Shown: piece by piece, positions 49,620 through 62,585 of the stretch | Layout: every line of letters begins with the position of its first letter | How positions within the stretch are numbered: position 1 is the stretch's first letter | The notes under the pieces: model-generated | The model's input: the letters and a program-made list of their open reading frames with translations, nothing else | What the model was told of the DNA's origin: nothing | Database searches by the model: none | Source of the DNA: Saccostrea cucullata | Taxonomy: Eukaryota | Direction of reading: 5' to 3' | Assembly: GCF_032062105.1 (NCBI RefSeq) | Contig: NW_026933278.1 | Span: 186,001 to 250,000 of the forward strand | DNA length: 64,000 bases | Position numbers and translations under genes: made by a program

Positions 49620-50960
49620 ATTTACATAATTTTCTGCTCGACTGAACTAACTGAATGACCTCCGGTTATACCTCCAACATGGCCGCCGTCCTTATTTGGG
49701 AGGGCGGAGGTCACGTGATCGAAAACTATCTATACAGAGACACGTTAAAGGAGTTTAACAGCAAATATTGTTAATATCTTGTGATATTCATATGGAGTTC
49801 AGTTAATAAAACAGGTATGCTAATTTATTTTAATCGATTTTATTCTCTTTCGAAGGCAGTCAGCTATATACGTATACCGGTCGGCCTTTCCTCTGTCATT
49901 TGTGACAAAATTAATGCAACAGAACAACAATAAGCTGAATATTACAAAACATAAAATTTGTATGGAAAGTTTTCCTCCTAAAATAGTTGGAAAGTGCTGC
50001 TAGAATCCCGAGTTAAGCATGGTTTTATGAAAAATCAGGGTTCATATGTAAAAAATCAAAACATCGGGTAAGGTTTCCTGGGAATGTGTGGAATAATTAT
50101 TTTAATAACGGGACAGTTGGATTCTAGCAAAACTTTTTAGGCAAAATAGATGTTTTTCAACCGCATTATTTACTCAAAGAAATCATCAAACTCCGGGGTA
50201 TTGTTGTTCTGTTAGCTTTTTTATTAAGGAAAATTTCGCTATTAATAGAAGTCACGTGATGCCGTGGTGGTGGTGCACGTCATTGCTTTAGACACTCTTT
50301 TATCTTTATGCATCAGATTATAATAGTTTACGTTTATCAGCAGTTTTGGTAAATTTTTAAACTTAATTTTCTTTCAAAAGTCTAAATTTCATAAAAAATG
50401 ACTTATATGCTTCCTTAACATACCCGCGTATATTTCGATGTAAAACTTTGGTCGGCCATTTTGGCCCAGCCCTACCCCCGGGGGTCATGATTTGAAGAAA
50501 CTTGAATCCACACTACCTGAGCATGCTTCCATATATATATGATGAATTATGGCTTTGTCATTCTTGAGAAGAAGATTTTTAAAGAATTTTCCTATATATT
50601 TCAATGTAAAACTTTGGTCGGCCATTTTGGCCCCGCTCTACCCCCGGGGGTCATGATTTGAACAAAATTGAATCTACACTACCTGAACATGCTTCCATAT
50701 AAATATGATGAATAATGGCTTTGTCATTCTTGAGAAGAGGTTTTTAAAGAATTTTCCAATATATTTCTATGTAAAATATTGGTCGGCTATTTTGGCCCCG
50801 CCCTACCCCCGGGGGTCATGATTTGAACAAACTTGAATTTACACTACCTGAGGATGTTTCCCCATAAGTTTCATCTTTACTGGCACAGTGGTTCTTGAGA
50901 AGAAGATTTTTAAAATATACCACTAAATTTTCATTAATTCCCAATTATCTCCCCTTGAAT

Positions 50961-51011
<51 letters not shown>

Positions 51012-51020
51012 ACTTTGTGG

Positions 51021-51051
<31 letters not shown>

Positions 51052-51063
51052 TGAGAAGAAGTC

Positions 51064-51099
<36 letters not shown>

Positions 51100-51111
51100 C
51101 CGGACAAAATG

Positions 51112-51158
<47 letters not shown>

Positions 51159-52286
51159 ACTGTAACATTAGAAAACTGTATTCCATGTATCAAGGAATAT
51201 ATGCTTTAATAGTGAAAAAGACTGAAGCTAAATTATCTTGACAAGCACAATGAAAAATTTATAAACTAAACATGTAAGTTTAGTATTTCCAGGAGTACTC
51301 GTACATTAATTATGTAGATTGTTTAGAGCACCTGTCCTTGTGAAAATCGGGATATATCTAAACAATTTCCCTGCCAAAAAGATGCACGACCTGGAAAAAT
51401 CGCTGCTGCCAGTTCAAGTCAATTCCATCTTATCAGAAAGTAAGTATACTTTTTTCTTTCTCTTAGCAGATCCTCCTTATATAAAAGAGATATCAAAAGA
51501 CCAGACTTTATTAACAACAGCCAGTGCGATATCATCCCTATGCCAGTCAGAGTTCTTGGGACATCAACAGGGAGCTTTTTCAAAGTAGAAATCAAGTCCT
51601 TAAGAAAACATCCACCCCTGAAAATTCTAGAGATGATCAGACTGTGACATCATTACTGGTACACCACATAAAATAGAATATATAAATTATAGAGACATCG
51701 TATTAAAGAGAATCATATTTTTAAAAAATATTATTGTAACATAGGGTACATCTACGAGTTTCAAACAGACATTTTTCAGGGAGTGCAAAAATACTTCATG
51801 ATAAATATGCTGACATGAAATGTTTCCGATAAAAAAAATTGTTACACTGATGCATTTGATTTATATTTAATTATTTGTCTGACAATACATATTTTTCCTG
51901 TTGTAAATCTTAACATTTTGAAATTGTTTTAACTATATTTTGTAACCAAATATACCACTTTCGAATCATAAAATAATTGAGCGTACAAGAGTAGAAACCA
52001 AAAGAAAATCTTAAGAGTGTCTTGGCAAACTATTGGAAATATGTGTATACCAAAAAATAAATCAATAACATTCTTGTGAACGTTCAGAATACAGGTACTA
52101 TAAAATGTTAAAAAGAGTATACATATAATTTAAATAAATATAAGATACACACTTTTATTTTTCTGTTATTTTTAAGTAATCCAATTTTATTTTATTTTTC
52201 AGTTAACTCATTTACATACTTAGATTAACGAGTTTTGCAAGAAATATTCACCAAGTGTTCTAAGATTTTTACACAGCGAACTAAGC

Positions 52287-52560
52287 GTGCTTGTTGAGCA
52301 CGGCATCAAAAGAATTCCTCCTGGAATTCAAAACATACCCATAGAAAATATACAAGAGGTTGAAGACAGAGTCTATGCTGTGAATAGTGTTGACTCCAAC
52401 AACATATATCAGGTGATGTTTTCAGATACTGAACCCACCTGTACCTGTCTTGACTATTCAAGACATTATTTGCCAACTAAGCATATACTTGCAGTGATAT
52501 GTCCTTACCAGAATGCAGCTTGGATAACATTGCTGATGGATACAAGACCTGTCCAAATTT
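52287..52560 (+). pseudogene. SWIM-finger relic (MULE-like transposase C-terminal part)
   Basis: YQVMFSDTEPTCTCLDYSRHYLPTKHILAVI matches CxC-x(n)-(C>T)xH with one ligand lost; neighbouring frames are broken. Confidence 0.55.
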
Positions 52561-53690
52561 ATTTTTGGTCCGAAACGTCATACAGAAGTGCACGATTTTA
52601 CACCATACACAGATATTCCACTAAATCGACTCAAATATTCCACGAAATCAAGGTACATCAAAGAAAAAATATCCGGATATGTCATGCCAAAATCAGCCAG
52701 ATAAACCAAAACCCCACTTCTTATTCCTCTACAGACTTCTTTAGGTGGATATAGAAGATATACGGTCTGGCTTATACTTGATGAATAATTATCTAGACCC
52801 CCAAGGAATTTCTACCAAAATACAGAAGTAAATTTACTCACTGCATCAAACATAAAGAAAGATTCAGATTAACCCTATAGACAAATGTAGAAGACCATCC
52901 TTTAATAGAGAACCAGTAAATGTTTCGTTAAGAAATACTGGAAATACACAATGTGTCCAGTTTTTGTAGAAAAGGATGATTGCATAATTATTGATGGAAC
53001 ATGTGACACGCCCAGCAACCAACATAGGATCCATGAGAACCACATCGTTGCTATCGAACATTGCAAGGCCTATCAAAACACAGGAATTCCAGTCATTTGA
53101 TATGGGAACACTGTGGATGATCAAACCATCAGATTATTTAACTGTAAGACTTGGCAGTTTAAAGTCAGAGACACTTCAGTTGTGTATTTTAAAACCTCCG
53201 TATCCGATGAGGTATATTATCTTTTTTCAAATTTGAGTTTTCTGTGGTTTTTTCTGATTAATAAAATTATAGTAATTGTATAATGCACAAAATCAAATCA
53301 TATTTAGGTTATAGGTACATACTTGTTTCTTCTAACAGAGACAAAGAAGGTAAATTTTTAGAATAAGCTGTGCTTTATGTTTTTAATCATTTATAATATA
53401 TAAATCCTTTTTATTTATTATTTGGAATCTGTTTGATGTATTGTTAGTTATTGTCTCTATATTTTAATTTTGTTTTCTTGGAATTATATCACAGTAATAA
53501 GAAGCTTCTAGGAATTGATTCATCAGTTGCAACACCCATATTTCAAGGAATATCAGATAATTTCCCTGGGTACATGACACAGGTAATTCTTTCTTTTTTT
53601 CTGATTTGTTATTGTATGCATAAAAATTTGAGGGATTTAAAAAAACAACATTGGAACAAGGTTAATCTTCGTAATTAATAATTTAAAAAC

Positions 53691-53946
53691 TTGTTTAAAT
53701 TCCCTCGAGAGTATTTTGCTCATATGGAGATACAACTCTTCGACATTGGAGGGCTGCAAATGTATACCTACACTAGGCACTCAGAGCTATTGAGAAGTGA
53801 GGAATCATTTTCATACCTACAGGTACTGGAACACGTGTCTTCGTTCATATAATCTCATTTGAAGGTCACGTCTTCACGTCCCAGAGCAGATTGGAACCCG
53901 TAGTCTTACTCCACGAATCTAGAGCAGGATTCTATGCGCTGTGCCA
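53691..53946 (-). mobile_element. Degenerate tRNA-SINE copy
   Basis: ttgtttaaattccctcgagagtattttgctcatatggaga..gggctgcaaa..tctcatttgaagg..cacgtcccaga aligns with the SINE at 1259-1540. Confidence 0.7.
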
Positions 53947-54705
53947 TGTTGGAAACAGAATTGAAATCTAAATGTTTGATATAAAAAGGCAGTATACGTA
54001 TATGTTTTTTTCTTCAGACGAAAAAAGTGACATTGAAGACTTAAGTGAGCTGGACAATGATGTCATATCAGAAAATCCACTGGTGGTGGAGAGAGGCTGT
54101 ACTTCACTAGAAGAAATTTGTCCGTTCCTGGTGTATCCAATTATATGGATATGCAGGAAAAGGCGGTGAATGCAGAAGGTAAATCTGAGGAATTCATTAA
54201 AAATGCAATTAGTTCATAGGACTTTTTTCTGCGGTTTTCTTAGAATAAAGTACGAGAAAAATGTTTTCATGGGCATTTATATTGAACACTGTTCGTTTCT
54301 CCATATCCTTATGAATGAATAGTGAAGAATGACACATGACTCGCTTTTATGTTCAAGACGTCTATGAATATTACACTACAAGCTGATGTCAGACCATCAA
54401 AATAAACATACTAGCAATCTAAGCATTGCTATTTTTGACCCCAAAAATCATTTGCGTCTATAACTCATGGACTGATTATTTATTCTGCATTATCGCAATT
54501 TTAGAAGTATTTGACATTGAAATAATACGTCCCTTCTTAGGACGGGCGTACAATAATAGACCTTATAATTAATTCCTACAGCAATCTAAATGGTCCAATA
54601 TTTTTGGAATTTCACAATTGGGTGATTTTCGACAATAAATTTCTTATAACATGCGTTACATTTTTAGGGGATGTGTAACTCAATAGTAAAAAGACAGGGT
54701 TTTTT

Positions 54706-55792
54706 TTAGCTCTACTGGTCAGAGACCAGAAGAGCTTATGCGATAGTAATGCGTCCGGCGTCCGTCCGTCTGTCTGTCTGTCTGTAAACAATTTTTCAAA
54801 ATGCTACTCCTCCTACAGTTTTGATCTGATTTCAATATAACTTGGCATATAAGTAGATTACACTAAGATACATAATTCTGTGTATCGGTTTTTGATTTCA
54901 ACGAACGGTGTTGGCGTTGTTACTAAAAATAGAAATTTCTGTGAAATTCTTTCAAAATGCTACTCCTCCTACAGTTTTGGTCTGACTTCAATATAACTTG
55001 GCACACAAGTAGACTACACTAAGATACATAATTCTGTGTATCGGTTTTTGATTTCGACGAACGATGTTGGCATTGTTACTAAAAATAGAAATTTCTGTGA
55101 AATTCTTTCAAAATGCTACTCCTCCTACAGTTTTGGTCTGACTTCAATATAACTTGGCACACAAGTAGACTACACTAAAGTACATAATTCTGTGTATCGG
55201 TTTTTGATTTCAACGAACGGTGTTGGCGTTGTTACTAAAAATAGAAATTTCTGTGAAATTCTTTCAAAATGCTACTCCTCCTACAAATTTAGTCTGATTT
55301 CAATATAACTTGGCACACAAGTAGACTACACTAAGATACATAATTCTGTATATCGGTTTTTGATTTCGACGAATGGTGTTGGCGTTGTTGCCAAAAACAG
55401 AAATTTCTGTGAAATTCTTTCAAAATACTATTCCTCCTACAGTTTTGGTATGATTTCAATACATGTTTAACTTGGCACTCAAGTAGACTACACTAAGGTA
55501 CGTAATTCTTTATATCCGTTTTTGACTTCAATGAACATTATTACCTTGGTTAATAAAGATAGCAATTTCTGTTACTCTCAAATTTGCTACTTCAAATACA
55601 GTTTTAGTCTGATTATAATATAATGTGGATTGCAAGTAGACTACACTAAGAACACAAAGAGACTTATTCAAGGATCATTATTCTCTTTTTTGCCTGTGTA
55701 AATTTTCAATTCCCAACTGCTTAAGTACTTTCCTCTTCCTTTGCTATAAGTACAAACCAGTAGAGCTTCAGTCTCGACAGAGACTTCTGGTT
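54706..55792 (+). mobile_element. HINE with 156-bp units, same family as 6142-7073
   Basis: agctctactggt / accagtagagct subTIRs; units at 54797, 54953, 55109, ~55265, ~55420; same 3' hairpin agtctcgacagagact. Lies inside another Helitron-like relic (~54528-56095). Confidence 0.85.
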
Positions 55793-56409
55793 TTTTTGCT
55801 TATATTTAAGGTCACAGTGACCCTGACATAGGTCGCGACACACCTCCTACCTAATGTGCATAAACTTGCCATATTTGGTGATATTAAGCATAAAAGTTTA
55901 TTAGTTATGTATGAGACGGACGGGATTTTTCCATATTTGACCATAACTTCTTAATTAAAGTTCAGAGCGACTTAATTGACATGCGCGATACTCTAAGCCT
56001 ATTAGTATTAAAATTATGTGCCGGACGCGATGAAGCTAACGGACGGTCAGTAACGCTATAACATAATACACCCCGTCTTAAGACGGACTTATAAAAAGTA
56101 CAATGTACCATTGCAGACTTTAGTGAGATTGACATTGATGTCATATCAGAAATTCCACTGGTGGCGGTGAGAAGCTGTACTTCACCAGAGGAAATTCATC
56201 CTGTTTCTAATGTATTAAAATACGTTGATATGCAGGACGAAGCGGTGAATGCAGAACGTGAATATATTTCATCAGGCAAACAATGTTTTATTATGTTAAC
56301 AAAATAGTGTTGCTTGTTATCATTTAAAAATCATGATTAACGCAGGCCTAATCCTATTACATTAAAAGGAAGGTGCGTTGATTTTGATAACATTTCACAG
56401 TGATTTTAA

Positions 56410-56625
56410 TCTTGCAAAGCCATGGAACAAGACATGGTAGTGGAAATGCTGAAGAAAGTTAAAGGAAGTGGTGTTAGAGTCGCAACCATTATTAGTGATG
56501 ATGATGCAGCAGCTACCATCGTTTACCACATGAAGTTGATCCCAATATAGAAAAGCAATCAGACAGGAACCATCTCCAGAAAAATCTTGCAAACCATCTG
56601 TACACCCTGCTAAAGGTACATAGAG
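56410..56625 (+). pseudogene. Second Kolobok-type transposase relic
   Basis: AKAMEQDMVVEMLKKVKGSGVRVATIISDDDAAATI / EVDPNIEKQSDRNHLQKNLANHLYTL aligns by eye with SSKLME...EGDGNNT...KKLDRNHCVKNIVKHLYEL at 10375-10580. Confidence 0.7.
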
Positions 56626-58364
56626 CGCAAATGCGAGTATAGATTTATATTATTTCATGGGATTTGGGATAAAATATGTCTTTTCTTAAAAGTACTCAGC
56701 TGTCTATGTCGTTTGTTGTGCCTTGTGTACGAGTCAATATTGTTTCATCTATTGCAGGTTATGGAGGATTTACACCCAGTCCTGACAAAAAAAAGTGTCA
56801 TCAAGCCAGTACCTGGGTTCATGTAATATATCTAGTTTTTCTCTCCCTTTTTAATGAAATGATGCATTTATAATTGCTATTTGCATTACAGTCATGAAAC
56901 AAATTTCATATTCATTTACATAAGAGACAGATCATATGAAAACCTATAAAACCAACACTAGGAACATATCCTGACCGACAGTTCCACAACGTTAACCCTA
57001 ACTCACTTTCCGTCAATGACAACACAACATCGTAAGCCTCAAAAGTCTGATCTGAATTCAACGCCAACTGCAGGGCAGTGTTGTTGGACTCGTCTTTACC
57101 TATGAGTATGCCAAACTCTCTGACAACGACTTAGATTCCATCTATGTCAAGATTAGGAGATCGTTTTGAGATTTCAAACTGTCTTTGCAATCTCTCAAAC
57201 TCGATCTCGAATTCCTGGACTTTGCTCTCTCCTAGCTCTCCTCGCTTAGTGTCGAGATTCTGAACGATCTCCTGCATGTTGGAGCCTTCCTTGATGTTCT
57301 GTACAAAGTGTTCAGCTACTTTGGTGTTTGGAAGCCGCTAAAATGTTGAAAAGAACTTTTAATTAGCACATGGAAACGACTTAAGTCTGTCTTACGAACA
57401 GAATATATCACCACTGTATCTGGTCAAGAAAATGAAAAATTGTTTACAATTATTTTCTTTCTGTGCAATTACCTGTTTGTGATTTTAACCATTGTCGCAA
57501 ACCACGACCAAAATGTACGATTCTCTCCCATTCGCGGACTCCTGACCGTGGCTTGAGACGATGGATTTTGACATGAATAACGAAACTAATTCATACATTT
57601 TAAAATAGGAACTTGCATTTCTTCTCAAAGCTTAAAAATGGATACAATTTCATGATGAACGATTTGTGGATTGATAAAATATTTGGATCTAGGCTCTTTT
57701 TTTAAAACAGAACCATGTTAAGAAGTCGAGGGTTAGAAAACATTTTGTGTGTATTTCTCTTTTCTGTAACCGAGGAAATTTTGACTTCTTTGTTAATATT
57801 TCCTCATTTGCTTAGGTCATCTGTGTAAGAAATTAAAAAGAGGTAACTTCATATTTTTTCATACAAGTCTATAAATTCACATTTGAACTATTAAATAAAT
57901 TGCCACGTCCCGTCTTAAGACGGGAGTATAAAAATGTTATCTTATTTCTATTCTTTCAAACTCATTTCAATTTCAATTCCGTTTTTTTAATAATTTCAGA
58001 TTGGGAGTACATTACATGAGCCCGATTTTGGTTAAAGATAATGTTATTATTTATAAATAATAATTATATTTATATTTAGGCATCTTCAATCAAACCACTA
58101 TTTGAACCTATACCAGAGGGGGCAGACGTCTGTGGAAAAACTGGATTTCCAAAGTCCTATTCCTTCTTCAATTATGACACTATCAGAAGCTATGATCATT
58201 GGAAAGACCTAAGGATATCCCAAGAAGGAGCGATGGAGAGTGAAATGGTAACAAGAGGACAAACAACAAGTCCAGCATGGTTTACCCAATGAAGGAAAGG
58301 ATAACGGCATCAAATTTTGGACTGATAATGAACAGGAAAAAAGAAATAATATGCATTTTTAAAA

Positions 58365-58940
58365 AAAAGAGGCCCAGGGGCCATATCGCTCACCTGAGCA
58401 AATCGGCTAGTTAAAAGCACAAATTAGATCACAACTGAAAAGTTTATGAAAGGGTGGGGGGCTTGAATTTTAATACTTCTTGAGAATGCATTCGTATTAA
58501 TACAGCATTTGACGAGGATGATTCCAAATAAATATAACTTATCACGTATTTGGTGTACTGGAGAAGAAGATTTTAAAAGATTTCCCTATCTAGTCATATG
58601 TGAAAATTTGATCAGCCATTGTACAGTTGTAGCCCCCTCTTACTCCCTGGGGTCATGATTTGAACAAACTTGAATCTACATTACTTGAGGATGATTTCAC
58701 ATGTTTCATTTTTCCTGGCACAGTGGTTTTCGAGAAGAAGATTTCATTAAAATGCCATTAATTTTTCATTAATTCATAATTAACCCCTTGGAAGAGGGCG
58801 TAGACCTTCATTTGAACAAACAATCCCCTTCCCCTAAAGATACTTAATGGCAAGTTTGGTTGAAATTAGCCCAGTGGTTCTTGAGAAGAAGATGAAAATG
58901 TGAAACGTTTACGACGACGACAGACAATTTTGATCAGAAC
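58365..58940 (-). mobile_element. Short HINE (Cg170-like unit)
   Basis: aagaggcccaggggccatatcgctcacctgag ... tcatgatttgaacaaacttgaatctaca ... acgacgacgacagacaattttgatcagaa. Confidence 0.75.
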
Positions 58941-61900
58941 ACCAGACCTCCTGTAGTGGTCGACGTACATTGAGAGAAAACACAAATAAATGCAATGAAT
59001 TCAACCATTATCTATACACAAGATTCTCGACGGATATTTTCCGTTAATTCACAATCATGAAAATAAGCACACGACTAGTGTGGTTGTTGAAAGGGGTATG
59101 CTTAGTAACCATGGTTTTGGAGCTCCTATTTTGTATCACTCCCTGATTCTCCGATCAAGTGCTCTATCAACTGAGCTATCTGGATACGGGCGTTAGAACC
59201 TGGTTAACCTCCACAAACGGACTTCTGAGCTAGAGTACTGTACGTTATCTCTCTATACATGTTTCACGCAAAAATTAGAAGCCTAAATTTAACAAATGTC
59301 TATGTCCCCTTGCTGTTTTCTACTGTTGGCCAATACTTTTTCCGAATTAAATTAGTATGCCTTGTTTGACTGTTTACAACTTTTAAAAATCAAGTCGTTC
59401 TTTAATCCATTCGTGAGAAATTTTAAATGAAATGCTTGTGTCTTTACCCTCAATAGGTAGGGGGTTGTAAATTAACGTGCCGATATTTTGAATAGAAGCA
59501 GCAGATAATGGGGTCAGGGGCATTACTTGCAAACATTCATGTATATGTTCTTCACCTTGACGTATTTAAAATTCTTTTAGAATATATTATGATGGTGCAG
59601 AACTCTACTTATGTTCAGCAGAACATTTGAAGAACATTTTGATTGTATAAAATGGCATGTAACAAACCCATGTGTCGTTAATAACACGAACATTTTTTCA
59701 CAGCAATTGAACCTGAACTTGACATTACGAATTCAATATCTTAGTCATTTTACTATAGTGTTTTCTGTTTATAACCTACATAAAAACTGTGATGGCGGAT
59801 TAATAGAAGCACACTATCATTGATGGTATGATTCTGTACTTTATCTAATCTAGCTACATATGTACACGTCGCTAATACAATTAATACTTAAATTGTGTGT
59901 CTTATCTGAACAACAGCTAAGTCATACACTGTGTGCAGTGCACTACAAGACTCAGACTGGAAGCAACAGAGCAAATTTGCTCTGAATACATGTACTTCTA
60001 GGATTACTACACAGCCACGTAGCATCGATTGTGAAAGTTGGGGGGGGGAGCCAGAAAAATTGAGAAAGTTGACAAGCAGAGAAAAAAAAAAAAACAAACA
60101 AACGAAAGTTGCCAAAGTCAAAAGTCGTATAACTATTTCGGGCGGGCGGAGGGGGGGGGGTGTTGTTAGAGGCCAACTTTTTCCCATTTGCAACTTCATT
60201 TAGTATCAAGAATATAACATACGACATTTTCCTGACCATAGAAAAGTGGGGGGGGGGGGGGGGGGGCAACCAACCTTTCAATGAACATTTCCTATAGTAT
60301 AAGTGAAGTTGGTACGTGCCTGCTACATTCTTCTCCATTTTTAAAGAAGGCGTCTTAGTCCGATACAATAGGGCAATTTATTATTTCATATACATATGAA
60401 TTTATACAATAATAAATTAAGTATTTATGTCTATAATAAATATTTAACACAGGTTTTTTTCCCCAAGATATGGATACTATATGAAGTTTTTTTTTTCTCA
60501 GTCCAATCTCAAAATTCATAGGAAACACGCCTTCTTGTATCAGTAAGTCATACATTGTATTATATGATGTATTTCTTGTAACCACATTGACACTTTTGTG
60601 ATAAATTTTAGACACAAACAGAAAGAACATTTAAAAACTACGTTTACGAAAGTTAACTATCAATCTCAATAATTAAAACGTACATCATTTTAAAAGTGTA
60701 TATAGGCATACAATTTCAGTTAGATAAATTTTTCACAAAAACTGTTGAAGATTTACCAGCACTGAGTCAAACAATTCAAAATGTCTTTAAAGGGACGCGT
60801 TAAAGATGAAAAAAATCACTGTTAAGTAACCCGTGCATGGAAATGATCACGAGTTCATTTCCAGTTTCTTTAATGTACTCCGAGATGTAATTCACTTGCA
60901 TTGATGTCTGGAGAAGATCGACGCAACTGAGATCACCAAAAGCGCCCCCAACTCAATTTTAAAAGGGTATTGCGCACTTTCAGACGATCCCAGTGATGAT
61001 GGTTCAGGTGTCGTAAAGTATTGATATGCTTTGATGGTCTTTTTGGCTCCTTTGCTAAGTGAACCTTTTTCTAGCCAGTTTGGCATAAAAATACAGCATA
61101 TAAAATCAATAATTATATATATTGTCAAACACTGAATTTATCATGGTTAAAACAAAAACAAAAAAACAAAAAAAAAACAAAAAAAAAAAAAAAAAATAGG
61201 GAAAGGCTTTCTAAGTTAATAACACTTGTGTCTAATTCGTTTGTAATATTATAATTAAATGCCTTCAAACCAAACCAAGTTTACAATTTTTAAAAAGTTA
61301 AAAGTTGAAGGGTTTTTTCAATTTAAAGAAAAATGTTAGTAAACTTTTACCTCCTCGAAATAATGAGCGAGTCTTCCGCCACACTTGCTCTTCTTTTTTT
61401 TTTGTTTTCTCTTGGCTTTGATGCAGGTCAACAGGAGCATTTCAAGTTAAAGAGAATGCTTAAAAATATTTTAAATATACACTGTATCTTGTTAGAAAAG
61501 AAAATTAAATATAGTACATACATGTAACATAGACTGAATTTGTACTTAAAATTTTCGTGGTTAGTGGTTATTCTTTGAAAAATGTCTCTATGAATTTGCA
61601 AAAAAATCTTTTTCTAAAAAAAATTTTTATTTGAAAAAGACGAACTTATCCCAAATCAAACATAACTGAGAAATCGCGTCCAAACTGAAGCCATTCCTCT
61701 TCGAAATCTTGAAGATTTCGGGAGAATGAAGAGGTACGCCTCTAATCCCTGAAAAGATAAAAGTCAATGAATCTTGTATCTTAAAAAAAAAATAGTCAAT
61801 AAAAAAATTTAGGAAAATCAATCCATAGTGATCAATATTTGATCTTTGTACAATTGGAAGCTTAATTATTCACTTTAAGATTAGGGAAATAATGGTCTAG

Positions 61901-62585
61901 GACCATTTTGTGAATTACGTTATCCGCCAGAGGTGCTTTTATATAAATATTCGAATATTTCATTTCGAGTTACATAAGCACATGGATGACCTGATTAATT
62001 TGACCAATCCCATTTTGTCGATTTTATTTTCATCTTTGATCTACTTAAGAAGAATTTAAGACTTGAGTTGTATTTAATTTACTCGATTTGAACATTTCAC
62101 ACGTGGTTTACGCACGCGATCTGGTATTTTGGCATGCTACAGCTGTTGACTTGAAATAATTTTTGTGTTCTCCGAAGTACAATCACTCTGATAATTATTT
62201 TAAAGTACATTTAAAGTACATTTTAGGCATCTTTTAATTTGCCAAATTAAGGTTTAATTAAGAAACCCGTAAAGGACATAACGGATAAACAAATCAATTG
62301 TGTTTAAATGCATCATCAAACCATGGATATTAAATCTAATTAATTTGACCTTTAGGTTTTAACAGTTCTTTTATGTGACTTAGACATACAATAATGGTTA
62401 AAATCAGAACCTTATTAGGAATGTCAAAGATCGCACGTGAAATTTTCGCGCCACTCATCAGATCGGCCTGGGTTTATCATCGGACCGACACGAGGTGAGG
62501 CGGATGAACTCCATCATATTTACCGTTGTTTTTATGTGTTTTGTATCATTTGTATTGTGACTGGTGATAATACGAAAGTGGTATG

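Larger units (their letters stand above)
44178..49731. mobile_element. Apparently intact autonomous ISL2EU (PIF/Harbinger-group) transposon, 5.55 kb
   Basis: Perfect 74-bp TIRs (44178-44251, 49658-49731), AT on both flanks, two convergent uninterrupted genes. Confidence 0.9.
43865..50428. mobile_element. TA-TSD non-autonomous DNA transposon (~1.0 kb of its own sequence) hosting the ISL2EU element
   Basis: Removing it and one TA restores the satellite ttttcctatatatttc. Imperfect TIR cgcagggggaataaggaagcata / (rc) cgcgggtatgttaaggaagcata. Confidence 0.75.
42863..51155 (-). mobile_element. Young HINE with ~8 x 166-bp satellite units, interrupted by nested transposons
   Basis: Ends aaacaaaaggcccatgggctacatcgctcacctgag and aagctcacttgagccttcggctcaggtgagctaaaa. 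tcatgatttgaa anchors at 43087, 43258, 43424, 43587, 43753, then 50485, 50651, 50816. Confidence 0.9.

Noticed and set aside
59130-59190. Minus-strand tRNA-like gatagctcagttgatagagcac
   Set aside because: Only an A-box/D-arm remnant with no T-arm; at most a decayed SINE head.
59888-60368. Pro/Gly-rich ORFs around poly-G runs (also 2530..2855)
   Set aside because: Products of homopolymer and low-complexity sequence.
60892-61128. Minus-strand 78-aa ORF with a short hydrophobic stretch
   Set aside because: No recognisable motif or convincing splice context; not supportable without a search.
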